Origin: an uncultured Flavobacteriaceae bacterium
GTDB lineage: Bacteria; Bacteroidota; Bacteroidia; Flavobacteriales; Flavobacteriaceae
Length of the DNA: 45,935 nt
Direction: 5' to 3'
Assembly (NCBI GenBank): GCA_964572365.1
Contig: CAZNFK010000001.1
Location: forward strand, 17,522 to 63,456
Shown here: piece after piece, positions 27,310 to 36,240 of the stretch
How the letters are laid out: every line of letters starts with the position of its first letter
How positions within the stretch are numbered: position 1 is the first letter of the stretch
The notes under the pieces: model-generated
Databases searched by the model: none
What the model was told of the DNA's origin: nothing
Seen by the model: only the letters and a program-made list of their open reading frames with translations
Translations under genes and position numbers: made by a program

Positions 27310-28152
27310 TCAGTTGATCGTGGTGAAATCGGCGTGCCGGGCGACCATCATATTAAAAATTCCGTAGCCCATAAGCCCCAAAGCTGTTGCTCCAAGTAGA
27401 ATTGAGCCATAGGAAAAGCTTAGCAGATATTGCAGAGCGCCTTCGGTTCCTTTATAAGCATCGGCGTTATGCTGAAGGATCACCTTGATCAGGAAAAAAG
27501 AAATTATTCCAAAGACTACTCCCCTGGCCACATAACCTATTTTTCCGGTTTTCTTGATGAAGTCATACTCGTGTTTTATATCTGGATAGTTATCGATCTT
27601 CTTCATGAACTTAGCGGAGTAAGCCAGTTTGAATTGCCATATCGCCTGCCCCGCCACGATGATCGCCAGGACCCAGATCACATATTTTCCCCAGTCGCTG
27701 GAAAGTAATTCCCAAAGTGCTGCTTTTTGCTCACTATTTCCACCAGAAGGTGCTCCTGCATGTTCCTGTCCTTTAAGGTCTTTTATGAGAGGTTTGGCAA
27801 AGGAATAGGCAATGAGGCCATAAAATACAGCCGAATAGAAGTAACGAAATCTTTTAAAACCCTTTTTAGCCGACTTTTCAGATCCTGCAGAGAAACCCGG
27901 AAGAAAGAGCATTTCATAGAGGCGCCATAAAGTGTAGGCAAGAAGTCCCAGGGCTACAATAGCACCCAGGATTTTTCCTAGCGGCAATCCCAGGAGGAAT
28001 CTAACTACTCCATCTGTGCTGGTGATATCTCCTCCCAGGCCAAATGCAGCCATAAAAGTGAGCACCCCCACAAGGGAATAAACAACACCTTTCATAAAAA
28101 AACCTGCGGAGCGGATCTTGGCTACGTGCCCTTCATCAGGATTAATGCTCAT
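27310..28152 (-). CDS. DUF1206 family membrane protein
   Basis: Repeated G-x-x-x-K/R-G-V-V-Y/F units (AGFFMKGVVY, IGYVARGVVF) and about 6 TMs. Confidence 0.8.
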   Translation of the reverse strand: MSINPDEGHVAKIRSAGFFMKGVVYSLVGVLTFMAAFGLGGDITSTDGVVRFLLGLPLGKILGAIVALGLLAYTLWRLYEMLFLPGFSAGSEKSAKKGFKRFRYFYSAVFYGLIAYSFAKPLIKDLKGQEHAGAPSGGNSEQKAALWELLSSDWGKYVIWVLAIIVAGQAIWQFKLAYSAKFMKKIDNYPDIKHEYDFIKKTGKIGYVARGVVFGIISFFLIKVILQHNADAYKGTEGALQYLLSFSYGSILLGATALGLMGYGIFNMMVARHADFTTIN

Positions 28153-28243
28153 TAGAATAATTTATTGCTAAAAATAAACCTTCTGCTGCAGTAGTTTCAC
28201 AGCTACCTCTCTTTTTAACCTCAATTTAATAAAGGTCACATTT

Positions 28244-29209
28244 TCAGATGTGCTTTTTCAGGAATTCAAGCGCTTTTTTCTCATGGTAAAATTCCGGACC
28301 CATGAGGGCAAAACCTACATGGCCGCCATAGTTGGGAACCTCGAGGTGCAGATAATCAGATTTTTCAGCAAGCTTAAAGGGGTATGAGGAACTGCACAAA
28401 AAAGTATCGTCACGGGCATTGAGGATTAAAGCGGGGCGGTCAATGCCTTCAAGGAACAGTAGGGAGCTGTTTTTCCGGTAGTATTCGTCTGCACTTTCAA
28501 AGCCGTGGGCTTTAGAAGTGTAGAGTTCATCGATATCCCTAAGAGAGTCACAGGCTTCGATCTCTTTCTTTGTGAGCCTGTCAGGGAATTTTTCTGCTCT
28601 GGCCATCAACTGCGATTTCAGCTTTAATTCAAAACGTTTTGAATAGATGAAGTTGCGCATGCGGTTGATCTCGCCAAGGGAACCTGCCAGGTCGCAGGGA
28701 ACCGATACCGCCGCTGCAGCTTTAACTTCTTCCGGGATTTTTCTATCTTCTCCCAAATACTTTAACACCACATTGCCGCCAAGGCTGAAACCAATCAAAC
28801 CGATAGCACTGTAATTCCTGGTCTTTAGAACATGGGAGATCAGTTCTTCAAGATCTCCGGAAGCGCCCCCGTGGTAACTTTTGAACATGCGGTTCATTTC
28901 ATCGCTACATCCCCTGAAGTTCATAGCAAGGGCGTCCCAGCCGTCGCGGTTGAAGATGCGGGCCATCCCTTTCATGTAAGGCCTGTTGGAACTTCCTGCC
29001 AGGCCGTGAAGAATAATCACCAGCTTACGTGCTTTAGGGTCTTCTGAAAAACTCCAGTCCAGGTCAAGGAAATCCCCATCCTGGAGGATCATTCTTTCTC
29101 TAACAAAAGGTTTAAGTTCTACCTTTCTTAAAGTAGCTGCGTAGATCGTATTCACATCGGCCACTTTATAAAGGCCGGGAGGAGTGTATGTGGACTTTTC
29201 GAGAGGCAT
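28244..29209 (-). CDS. YheT-family alpha/beta hydrolase
   Basis: DGDFLDLDW, HGLAGSS, GFSLGG nucleophile, NARDD and GGHVGF. Confidence 0.92.
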   Translation of the reverse strand: MPLEKSTYTPPGLYKVADVNTIYAATLRKVELKPFVRERMILQDGDFLDLDWSFSEDPKARKLVIILHGLAGSSNRPYMKGMARIFNRDGWDALAMNFRGCSDEMNRMFKSYHGGASGDLEELISHVLKTRNYSAIGLIGFSLGGNVVLKYLGEDRKIPEEVKAAAAVSVPCDLAGSLGEINRMRNFIYSKRFELKLKSQLMARAEKFPDRLTKKEIEACDSLRDIDELYTSKAHGFESADEYYRKNSSLLFLEGIDRPALILNARDDTFLCSSSYPFKLAEKSDYLHLEVPNYGGHVGFALMGPEFYHEKKALEFLKKHI

Positions 29210-29246
29210 AACCTTAGAATTTAATCGGGAAATTTACGTATTAATG

Positions 29247-29260
29247 TTATGCGTGCATAA
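29247..29260. promoter_or_regulatory. Palindromic operator candidate TTATGC-GT-GCATAA
   Basis: Perfect 6-2-6 palindrome between the divergent hydrolase and thioesterase genes. Confidence 0.5.
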
Positions 29261-29294
29261 TAAAAAAATAGTAATTTTATCCCAAAATTTGAGC

Positions 29295-29786
29295 ATGTAC
29301 AAGAAAGAATTCGAGATAAGATGGAGTGACATTGATGCCAACCGGCACCTTGCAAATACGGCTTATATCAATTTTATGAGCCACACCCGCATGGGTTTTT
29401 TGACGGAAAACGGGTTTGGGCATAATGAAATGGTCAAGCACAATTTAGGGCCGGTTGTTTTCTATGAACATATTTACTATTTCAAAGAAGTTTTCGCGGG
29501 CAAACCCGTGACAGTAACGCTCCAGTTAAAGGGGCTTTCTGAAGACGGAATGTACTTTGAATTTGTGCACGATTTTTATGACCATAAAGGTCGAAACTTC
29601 GCCAGCTGTGAAATGATGGGTGCCTGGATTGATCTTAAGGAACGAAAACTCACCGGGCTTCCTCCCGAACTTTTTCAGAAACTGGATGGCCTGGAGCACA
29701 CGTCAGATTTCAGGGTGCTGACCAAAGACGACACTCGAAAATTCGGGAAAAAACCTAAGGAAGATCGTCATCCTTCAGAGCTATAG
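29295..29786 (+). CDS. Acyl-CoA thioesterase (hotdog fold, YbgC/FcbC-like)
   Basis: IRWSDIDANRHLANTAY; ATG 29295. Confidence 0.9.
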   Translation: MYKKEFEIRWSDIDANRHLANTAYINFMSHTRMGFLTENGFGHNEMVKHNLGPVVFYEHIYYFKEVFAGKPVTVTLQLKGLSEDGMYFEFVHDFYDHKGRNFASCEMMGAWIDLKERKLTGLPPELFQKLDGLEHTSDFRVLTKDDTRKFGKKPKEDRHPSEL

Positions 29787-30669
29787 GTTTCGGTTTGCGC
29801 GTTACCATATACACCCCGGCAAAAACCAGTAAAGCAGCTGATACCTTCACGAGGTTAAGGTTGTCTGCTCCCGTGGCCACCGCGTAGATGATGGCGATAA
29901 GTGGTTGCAGGTAAATGAAAGCGCTTATTGTCGCGGCACTCAACTCCTTCAACGCAAAAACGTTCAGCAGGTAAGTGAGAAAAGTGGTGCCCACAACCAC
30001 AAATCCCATTTTTAGCAGGGCATGTGCCGGCAATGCTTTCCATTCTACCTCAAGAAATTCGTTAAGGGTAAGAGGAAGGTTGATAATAACCGCGAAAAGG
30101 AACAGCCATTTCATTAATGTAAAAGAGTGATATTTTGCTGTGAGCGGTTTCACGAGAATGAGGTACAACCCGTAAGAAAGGGCATTAATGATCACCAGTA
30201 GATTCCCAAGAGGAATGTTTGGTGCGTTTTCTGTAGCCTCTTTGCTGAAAAATATTAAAGCCATGGCACCTGCCAGACCTGTAATGATTCCGGTGGTCTT
30301 TAGAACAGTAATCCTTTCCTTGATCAATATGGCAGCAAGAACCAGCACCAGGATGGGAGAAATGGTAATGATCACCGAACTGTTGATGGGAGTGGTAAGG
30401 CTCAGGCCTTTAAAGAACAGCAGCATATTGATGACCATTCCAAAAACAGTACAGCCTAAAAGCCGTGGCCAGTCGCTGGTGGCGATCTTTTCCTTGGGTC
30501 CCCAAATGCTGATGAGCCAGAACAATATGGCCGCGCCCAACACCCTTAAAAGAATGAATCCGAAGGGTTCAATATAAATGGGCATCAAGCCTTTGGCAAC
30601 CGTGTGATTGATCCCGTAAATGGTGCTGGCACCCGTAGCAGCGAAGATGGCCAGCAGCCTTTTACTCAT
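29755..30669 (-). CDS. EamA/DMT family transporter
   Basis: About 10 TMs; FFKGLSLTTP and FIYLQP. ATG 30669 overlaps the upstream arsC-like stop. Confidence 0.9.
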   Translation of the reverse strand: MSKRLLAIFAATGASTIYGINHTVAKGLMPIYIEPFGFILLRVLGAAILFWLISIWGPKEKIATSDWPRLLGCTVFGMVINMLLFFKGLSLTTPINSSVIITISPILVLVLAAILIKERITVLKTTGIITGLAGAMALIFFSKEATENAPNIPLGNLLVIINALSYGLYLILVKPLTAKYHSFTLMKWLFLFAVIINLPLTLNEFLEVEWKALPAHALLKMGFVVVGTTFLTYLLNVFALKELSAATISAFIYLQPLIAIIYAVATGADNLNLVKVSAALLVFAGVYMVTRKPKPIALKDDDLP

Positions 30670-31015
30670 GAACAGATCTTTTGGCTGCCTCAACAATGCT
30701 TTTGGAATTCCCGATGAAGATCTCATTTCCGTTTACGATCACCGGCCGCTTCAAAAATGTATAGTGTTCCAAAAGGAGATTCTTAAAATCATCTTTGGTA
30801 AGTTCTTTGTTCTTAAGGTCTCGTTCTTTATAAAGTCTTGCTCTTTTATTGAATAAATTCTCATAGCTGCCAGCGAGATGTTTCAATTCTTCAAGCTGCT
30901 CTTCGGTTAACGGATCCTTTTTGATGTCCTGCAATTCAAAAGAAGCGGGCGCGTCGATCTCTTTTAAGATCCTTTTGCAAGTGTCACAGGTAGAGAGGTA
31001 GTAGATTTTCTTCAT
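30662..31015 (-). CDS. ArsC/Spx/YffB family thioredoxin-fold protein
   Basis: IYYLSTCDTCKR and FLKRPVI; ATG 31015. Confidence 0.9.
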   Translation of the reverse strand: MKKIYYLSTCDTCKRILKEIDAPASFELQDIKKDPLTEEQLEELKHLAGSYENLFNKRARLYKERDLKNKELTKDDFKNLLLEHYTFLKRPVIVNGNEIFIGNSKSIVEAAKRSVHE

Positions 31016-31032
31016 TCCTTTTTTCTGCAAAA

Positions 31033-31797
31033 CTATTGATTCTTCATAAATGGCCTAACCTCTTCAATAGGTATTTCCATGTAAAAATCCCCATCGGCAT
31101 AAGGGGCGATCTCATAGGAATTATAGACCAGGATAACCTGCTCATCTGTAAAGCCTATGTTTGCAGGTAAATGAAAGGTATCATTTTCAAACCAGAACCC
31201 GGTACTGTTTATGTTTTCTTCAGCGGGAATATTATGGTCCCTGCGAAAGCGTTGCTCCACATGTTCTTTGAACTGAGGCTTGAAAATGTCTTTCCAGGAA
31301 AGTTCTTCCCCGGTTTTCGGGTTAAAATTCAGGAATGAAAGATTTTTATAGCCATGAGCTCCCCCGCTGAAGATCTCGGTGGTAATGCCAATTGAAAGTA
31401 GTTCTTCATCTTTTCTGTAAATGCTTTCATTAAGATAAGCTTCCCAGGGCGGCTCATTGCTGAAGCTTTCCGCAGCCTTTTTATGGTCATTGATGAAGGT
31501 ATTGGTCAAATCTTCATAATTGGTTATTGTTGGATTTTCTTCGGAAGAAATGGTGGTAATAACATGATTTTTGAGAACCCGGTTAATTTGTTCTGCGACT
31601 TCTTCAGGGCCTTTTGCCGTTAGTACCTCAAGGGAGATGATCGTACAATCATAATCGGCGGTATCACAATTTTTTCCTTCCTTTTTAACAATGGTCTCTT
31701 TTTCAAATCGCAACGGTAGCTCTGCCGGTTTTTTTTCGTCCTGACAGGCGGTGAAGAATAGCGTTATCAGTAGGATCGGAAAAACTCTGTGGGTCAT
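31033..31797 (-). CDS. DUF4163/DUF3298 (PdaC/RsiV-like) lipoprotein
   Basis: Lipobox FTAC, FSGGAHG, NF-x-x-KTG and YNSYEIAPYA. Confidence 0.85.
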   Translation of the reverse strand: MTHRVFPILLITLFFTACQDEKKPAELPLRFEKETIVKKEGKNCDTADYDCTIISLEVLTAKGPEEVAEQINRVLKNHVITTISSEENPTITNYEDLTNTFINDHKKAAESFSNEPPWEAYLNESIYRKDEELLSIGITTEIFSGGAHGYKNLSFLNFNPKTGEELSWKDIFKPQFKEHVEQRFRRDHNIPAEENINSTGFWFENDTFHLPANIGFTDEQVILVYNSYEIAPYADGDFYMEIPIEEVRPFMKNQ

Positions 31798-31861
31798 GGG
31801 TATAGAATGTTAAACTGTTCTGAAAGGTAAGGGCTATTTTGAGAATGCCCAAAGCGAATGC

Positions 31862-31869
31862 TACATTTG
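31862..31869 (+). promoter_or_regulatory. -7 promoter element (TACATTTG)
   Basis: TAnnTTTG 21 nt before ATG 31891. Confidence 0.65.
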
Positions 31870-31890
31870 TCTCTTAAAATATTCCAAATT

Positions 31891-33036
31891 ATGAAATTCA
31901 ATACCAGGACGATCCATGGTGGTCAGGAGAACACAGATCCGGCATACGGTTCGGTCATGCCGCCCATTTATCAAACTACTACCTATAAACAAAGTACCCC
32001 GGGAGGACATAAAGGTTTTGAATATTCCCGAAGCGGAAATCCCACTCGGAGAGCATTAGAGAATGCTTTGGCGAGCATCGAAAATGGGAAATTCGGCCTG
32101 GGTTTTGGATCGGGGCTTGCAGCGATTGATGCGGTGATGAAATTGTTCAAACCCGGTGACGAGATCATTTCCACAAATGATCTTTACGGAGGATCCTATC
32201 GTCTTTTTACCAGGATCTATGAAAATATGGGCATCAAGTTCCATTTTGTAGGCATGAACGATGCAGAGAAGATCGAAGATTCTATCAACAACAACACCAA
32301 ATTGATATGGGTAGAGACGCCTACTAATCCAACGATGAAGATCATTGATATTGAAGCGGTCTCAAAAATTGCAAAAAAACACAATATTCTTTTGGCGGTT
32401 GATAACACCTTTGCCACCCCTTACCTCCAACAACCGCTCGAACTGGGAGCTGATATTGTAATGCACAGTGCCACCAAATATCTTGGCGGGCACAGTGATG
32501 TGGTGATGGGAGGCCTGGTGTTGAAGGATCAAAAACTGGCAGAAAGGCTTTATTTTATTCAGAATGCCAGCGGCGCGATTTGTGGTCCCATGGATAGCTT
32601 CCTTGTTTTAAGAGGGATCAAAACCCTTCACATTAGAATGCAGCGCCACTGCGAGAACGGTGCAGCGGTAGCGCACTTTTTGAAGTCTCACCCCAAAGTT
32701 GATAAAGTTTACTGGCCGGGGTTTGAAGATCACCCCAACCACGACATCGCGAAAAAGCAGATGAAAGATTTCGGCGGAATGATCTCTTTCACTACCGCAG
32801 ATGGAACCCTGGATAGCGCGGTAAAGGTCGTGGAGAAACTGAAAGTGTTCGCTCTTGCCGAATCTCTAGGAGGGGTGGAGTCTTTAGCTGGGCATCCTGC
32901 CAGTATGACCCATGCTTCCATTCCGAAGGAAGAAAGAGCAAAAACAGGGGTTGTAGACTCGCTTATACGGTTAAGTGTAGGGATCGAAGATGATGAAGAT
33001 CTCATCAACGACCTGAAACAGGCTTTAGGACAATAG
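31891..33036 (+). CDS. Cystathionine gamma-synthase/lyase (Cys/Met PLP-dependent enzyme)
   Basis: YSRSGNPTR, ETPTNP, DNTF, HSATKYLGGHSD and AESLGGVES; ATG 31891. Confidence 0.93.
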   Translation: MKFNTRTIHGGQENTDPAYGSVMPPIYQTTTYKQSTPGGHKGFEYSRSGNPTRRALENALASIENGKFGLGFGSGLAAIDAVMKLFKPGDEIISTNDLYGGSYRLFTRIYENMGIKFHFVGMNDAEKIEDSINNNTKLIWVETPTNPTMKIIDIEAVSKIAKKHNILLAVDNTFATPYLQQPLELGADIVMHSATKYLGGHSDVVMGGLVLKDQKLAERLYFIQNASGAICGPMDSFLVLRGIKTLHIRMQRHCENGAAVAHFLKSHPKVDKVYWPGFEDHPNHDIAKKQMKDFGGMISFTTADGTLDSAVKVVEKLKVFALAESLGGVESLAGHPASMTHASIPKEERAKTGVVDSLIRLSVGIEDDEDLINDLKQALGQ

Positions 33037-33051
33037 AAGCTGAAAAATGAC

Positions 33052-33083
33052 AAGGCCGTGTGAGATTTTTGCACGGCTTTTTT
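33052..33083. terminator. Intrinsic terminator between convergent genes
   Basis: AAGGCCGTGT-GAGATTTTT-GCACGGCTTTTTT. Confidence 0.8.
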
Positions 33084-33088
33084 ATTGC

Positions 33089-33865
33089 TTAAAAATTGAG
33101 GTAGTAGATGTAGCCGAAGTTAAGCCAGAACATCATGTCGTTGAACTTGTTCTGAGGGTTGTCGTGATTCAGCCCATCCAGCCAGTCGGTATTATAATAC
33201 CTCCATTGCAGGTTTACAACAAGATCGCTAAAAGGAGCGATCTTATAACGGGTGCCAATTCCAAGCACAACAGACCAGGTTGAACCTGATTCCTGACTCA
33301 CCCCTCCGTGAAAAGTGTGAAAAAGGTAATCTTCTAAAGGTTCGCCTAATTCAGAATAAGTGTAGGGATCATATTCTACAAAATTAAATCCGAGGCTGGC
33401 AAAAGGGGAAATAGGATAGGCATAAGCTGTATAATCCCTTATGCTATAAGGGTAATACTCAAGATGAGCCCCCATTTCAAACACTTTAGCAGAGCCTATC
33501 ATGTTTCTTAATTTTCCGTTCGGACCCTCGTTTTGAGCTATGGGACCAAAATGGTTGAGCTCTCCCCAGTGGTAATCTACTTCAGCTCTTATTCTGAAGT
33601 GGTCATTGAAATAAGTGTCGCGGGTGTAGCAGTTACAATCTGCGCGGTAGGCGAAATTCACGTAATAAACTAAGCCCACTCCCATTCCGGTGTTGGAGGT
33701 GTTGGTTTCCATGTTGTAGCGCAAACCATAATCGGTGTAGTAAGCGACCGGCCCCGCCACGATCCCGATCTCCTGGCCCAGAAGTCCTTTTTGCGCAAAG
33801 GCGATCCCTTTTCCGAAGAAAAAAAGGAACAACAAGACGCAAAGGGTTTTGGTTAGGTCGGTCAT
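33089..33865 (-). CDS. Outer-membrane beta-barrel protein (PorT-like/THC0290_0291-type)
   Basis: Signal peptide, amphipathic strands, DYG-x-R, DWLDGL and C-terminal FGYIYYLNF; divergent from gdhA. Confidence 0.75.
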   Translation of the reverse strand: MTDLTKTLCVLLFLFFFGKGIAFAQKGLLGQEIGIVAGPVAYYTDYGLRYNMETNTSNTGMGVGLVYYVNFAYRADCNCYTRDTYFNDHFRIRAEVDYHWGELNHFGPIAQNEGPNGKLRNMIGSAKVFEMGAHLEYYPYSIRDYTAYAYPISPFASLGFNFVEYDPYTYSELGEPLEDYLFHTFHGGVSQESGSTWSVVLGIGTRYKIAPFSDLVVNLQWRYYNTDWLDGLNHDNPQNKFNDMMFWLNFGYIYYLNF

Positions 33866-33884
33866 AAGAAAAACGAGTCTCAAA

Positions 33885-33892
33885 CAAATATA
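33885..33892 (-). promoter_or_regulatory. -7 promoter element (TATATTTG) for the beta-barrel gene
   Basis: TAnnTTTG on the minus strand 19 nt before ATG 33865. Confidence 0.6.
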
Positions 33893-33993
33893 TAAATTTA
33901 TAACCCAAGAATGTCCGAATTATTACACCTTCAGAAATACCTTAAAATAAAAAGGAATACAAAAATTTTAAGGCCTTTCTTTTAGAGAAACTG

Positions 33994-34001
33994 TATATTT
34001 G
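33994..34001 (+). promoter_or_regulatory. -7 promoter element (TATATTTG) for gdhA
   Basis: TAnnTTTG followed by C, about 50 nt upstream of the ATG. Confidence 0.7.
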
Positions 34002-34008
34002 CCGGTAA

Positions 34009-35394
<1,386 letters not shown>

Positions 35395-35416
35395 TCTCAC
35401 CCTTATATTATATTCT

Positions 35417-35441
35417 AAAAAGCCGCTTTTTGCGGCTTTTT
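35417..35441 (+). terminator. Intrinsic terminator after gdhA
   Basis: AAAAAGCCGC-TTTTT-GCGGCTTTTT. Confidence 0.85.
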
Positions 35442-35469
35442 CTTTTTACTAAAGGACCCCGATTTGTTG

Positions 35470-35477
35470 TATTTTTG
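35470..35477 (+). promoter_or_regulatory. -7 promoter element (TATTTTTG) for recO
   Basis: TAnnTTTG upstream of ATG 35521. Confidence 0.55.
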
Positions 35478-35520
35478 GATCTTTACAGCATAATCGCTTT
35501 TAAAAACGGACCTTCTAAAA

Positions 35521-36240
35521 ATGTTGATCACTACCAAAGCTATCGTCTTTAGTGCCCTAAAATATGGGGAGGCCGATCTTATCGCGAGATGTTTTACGGA
35601 TAAAAGCGGTTTAAAGACCTATTTGTTGCGGGGGATCTTGAAATCCAAAAAAGGGAAATTAAAAGCGTCTCTTTTTCAGCCTTTGACTCAGCTGGAGATC
35701 GTGGCCCAACATAAGGACAAGGGTAGCCTGGAATACATAAGGGAGGCCAAGCTGTTGCTGCCTTATCAGAGTTTACACACAGATGTGCTGAAATCTTCGG
35801 TAGTGATGTTCCTTTCTGAAGTGCTGTGGAATGCCGTTAAAGAGGAAGAAACAAATACTTCTCTTTATGAATTCCTGGAAAACTCTTTGAACTGGTTTGA
35901 TTCACACGACAAAACTGCAAATTTCCATCTTTGGTTTCTGCTGGAACTAACCAGGTATTTAGGGTTCTATCCTGATGACAATCAAAAAGGTAATGACGTG
36001 TTTAACTTGATCGATGGAACTTTTCAGAAGGTAAAGACCAACAATGAGTGCGTGGCCGATGAAAATATTCCAGTATTAAAACAGTTCTTAGGCACAAACT
36101 TTGATGAATTTTCGCACATAAAAATGAACCAGGCCACGCGTTCAGGGTTTTTATTGCTGCTGTTGAATTACTATGAAATTCATTTGCAGGGTTTTCATAA
36201 GCCAAAATCCCTGGCCGTGCTTAACGAAATCTACAGTTAA
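35521..36240 (+). CDS. recO: DNA repair protein RecO
   Basis: TKAIV...KYGEADLI, LFQPLT-x-LE, LGFYP and KPKSL-x-VL. Confidence 0.93.
   Translation: MLITTKAIVFSALKYGEADLIARCFTDKSGLKTYLLRGILKSKKGKLKASLFQPLTQLEIVAQHKDKGSLEYIREAKLLLPYQSLHTDVLKSSVVMFLSEVLWNAVKEEETNTSLYEFLENSLNWFDSHDKTANFHLWFLLELTRYLGFYPDDNQKGNDVFNLIDGTFQKVKTNNECVADENIPVLKQFLGTNFDEFSHIKMNQATRSGFLLLLLNYYEIHLQGFHKPKSLAVLNEIYS

Noticed and set aside
29184-29294. N-terminal extensions in the ORF track (also 2603, 10043, 18533, 24946, 30726, 31858, 33883, 43270)
   Set aside because: These extensions overlap promoter elements, spacers or neighbouring genes, while downstream ATGs match family N-termini.
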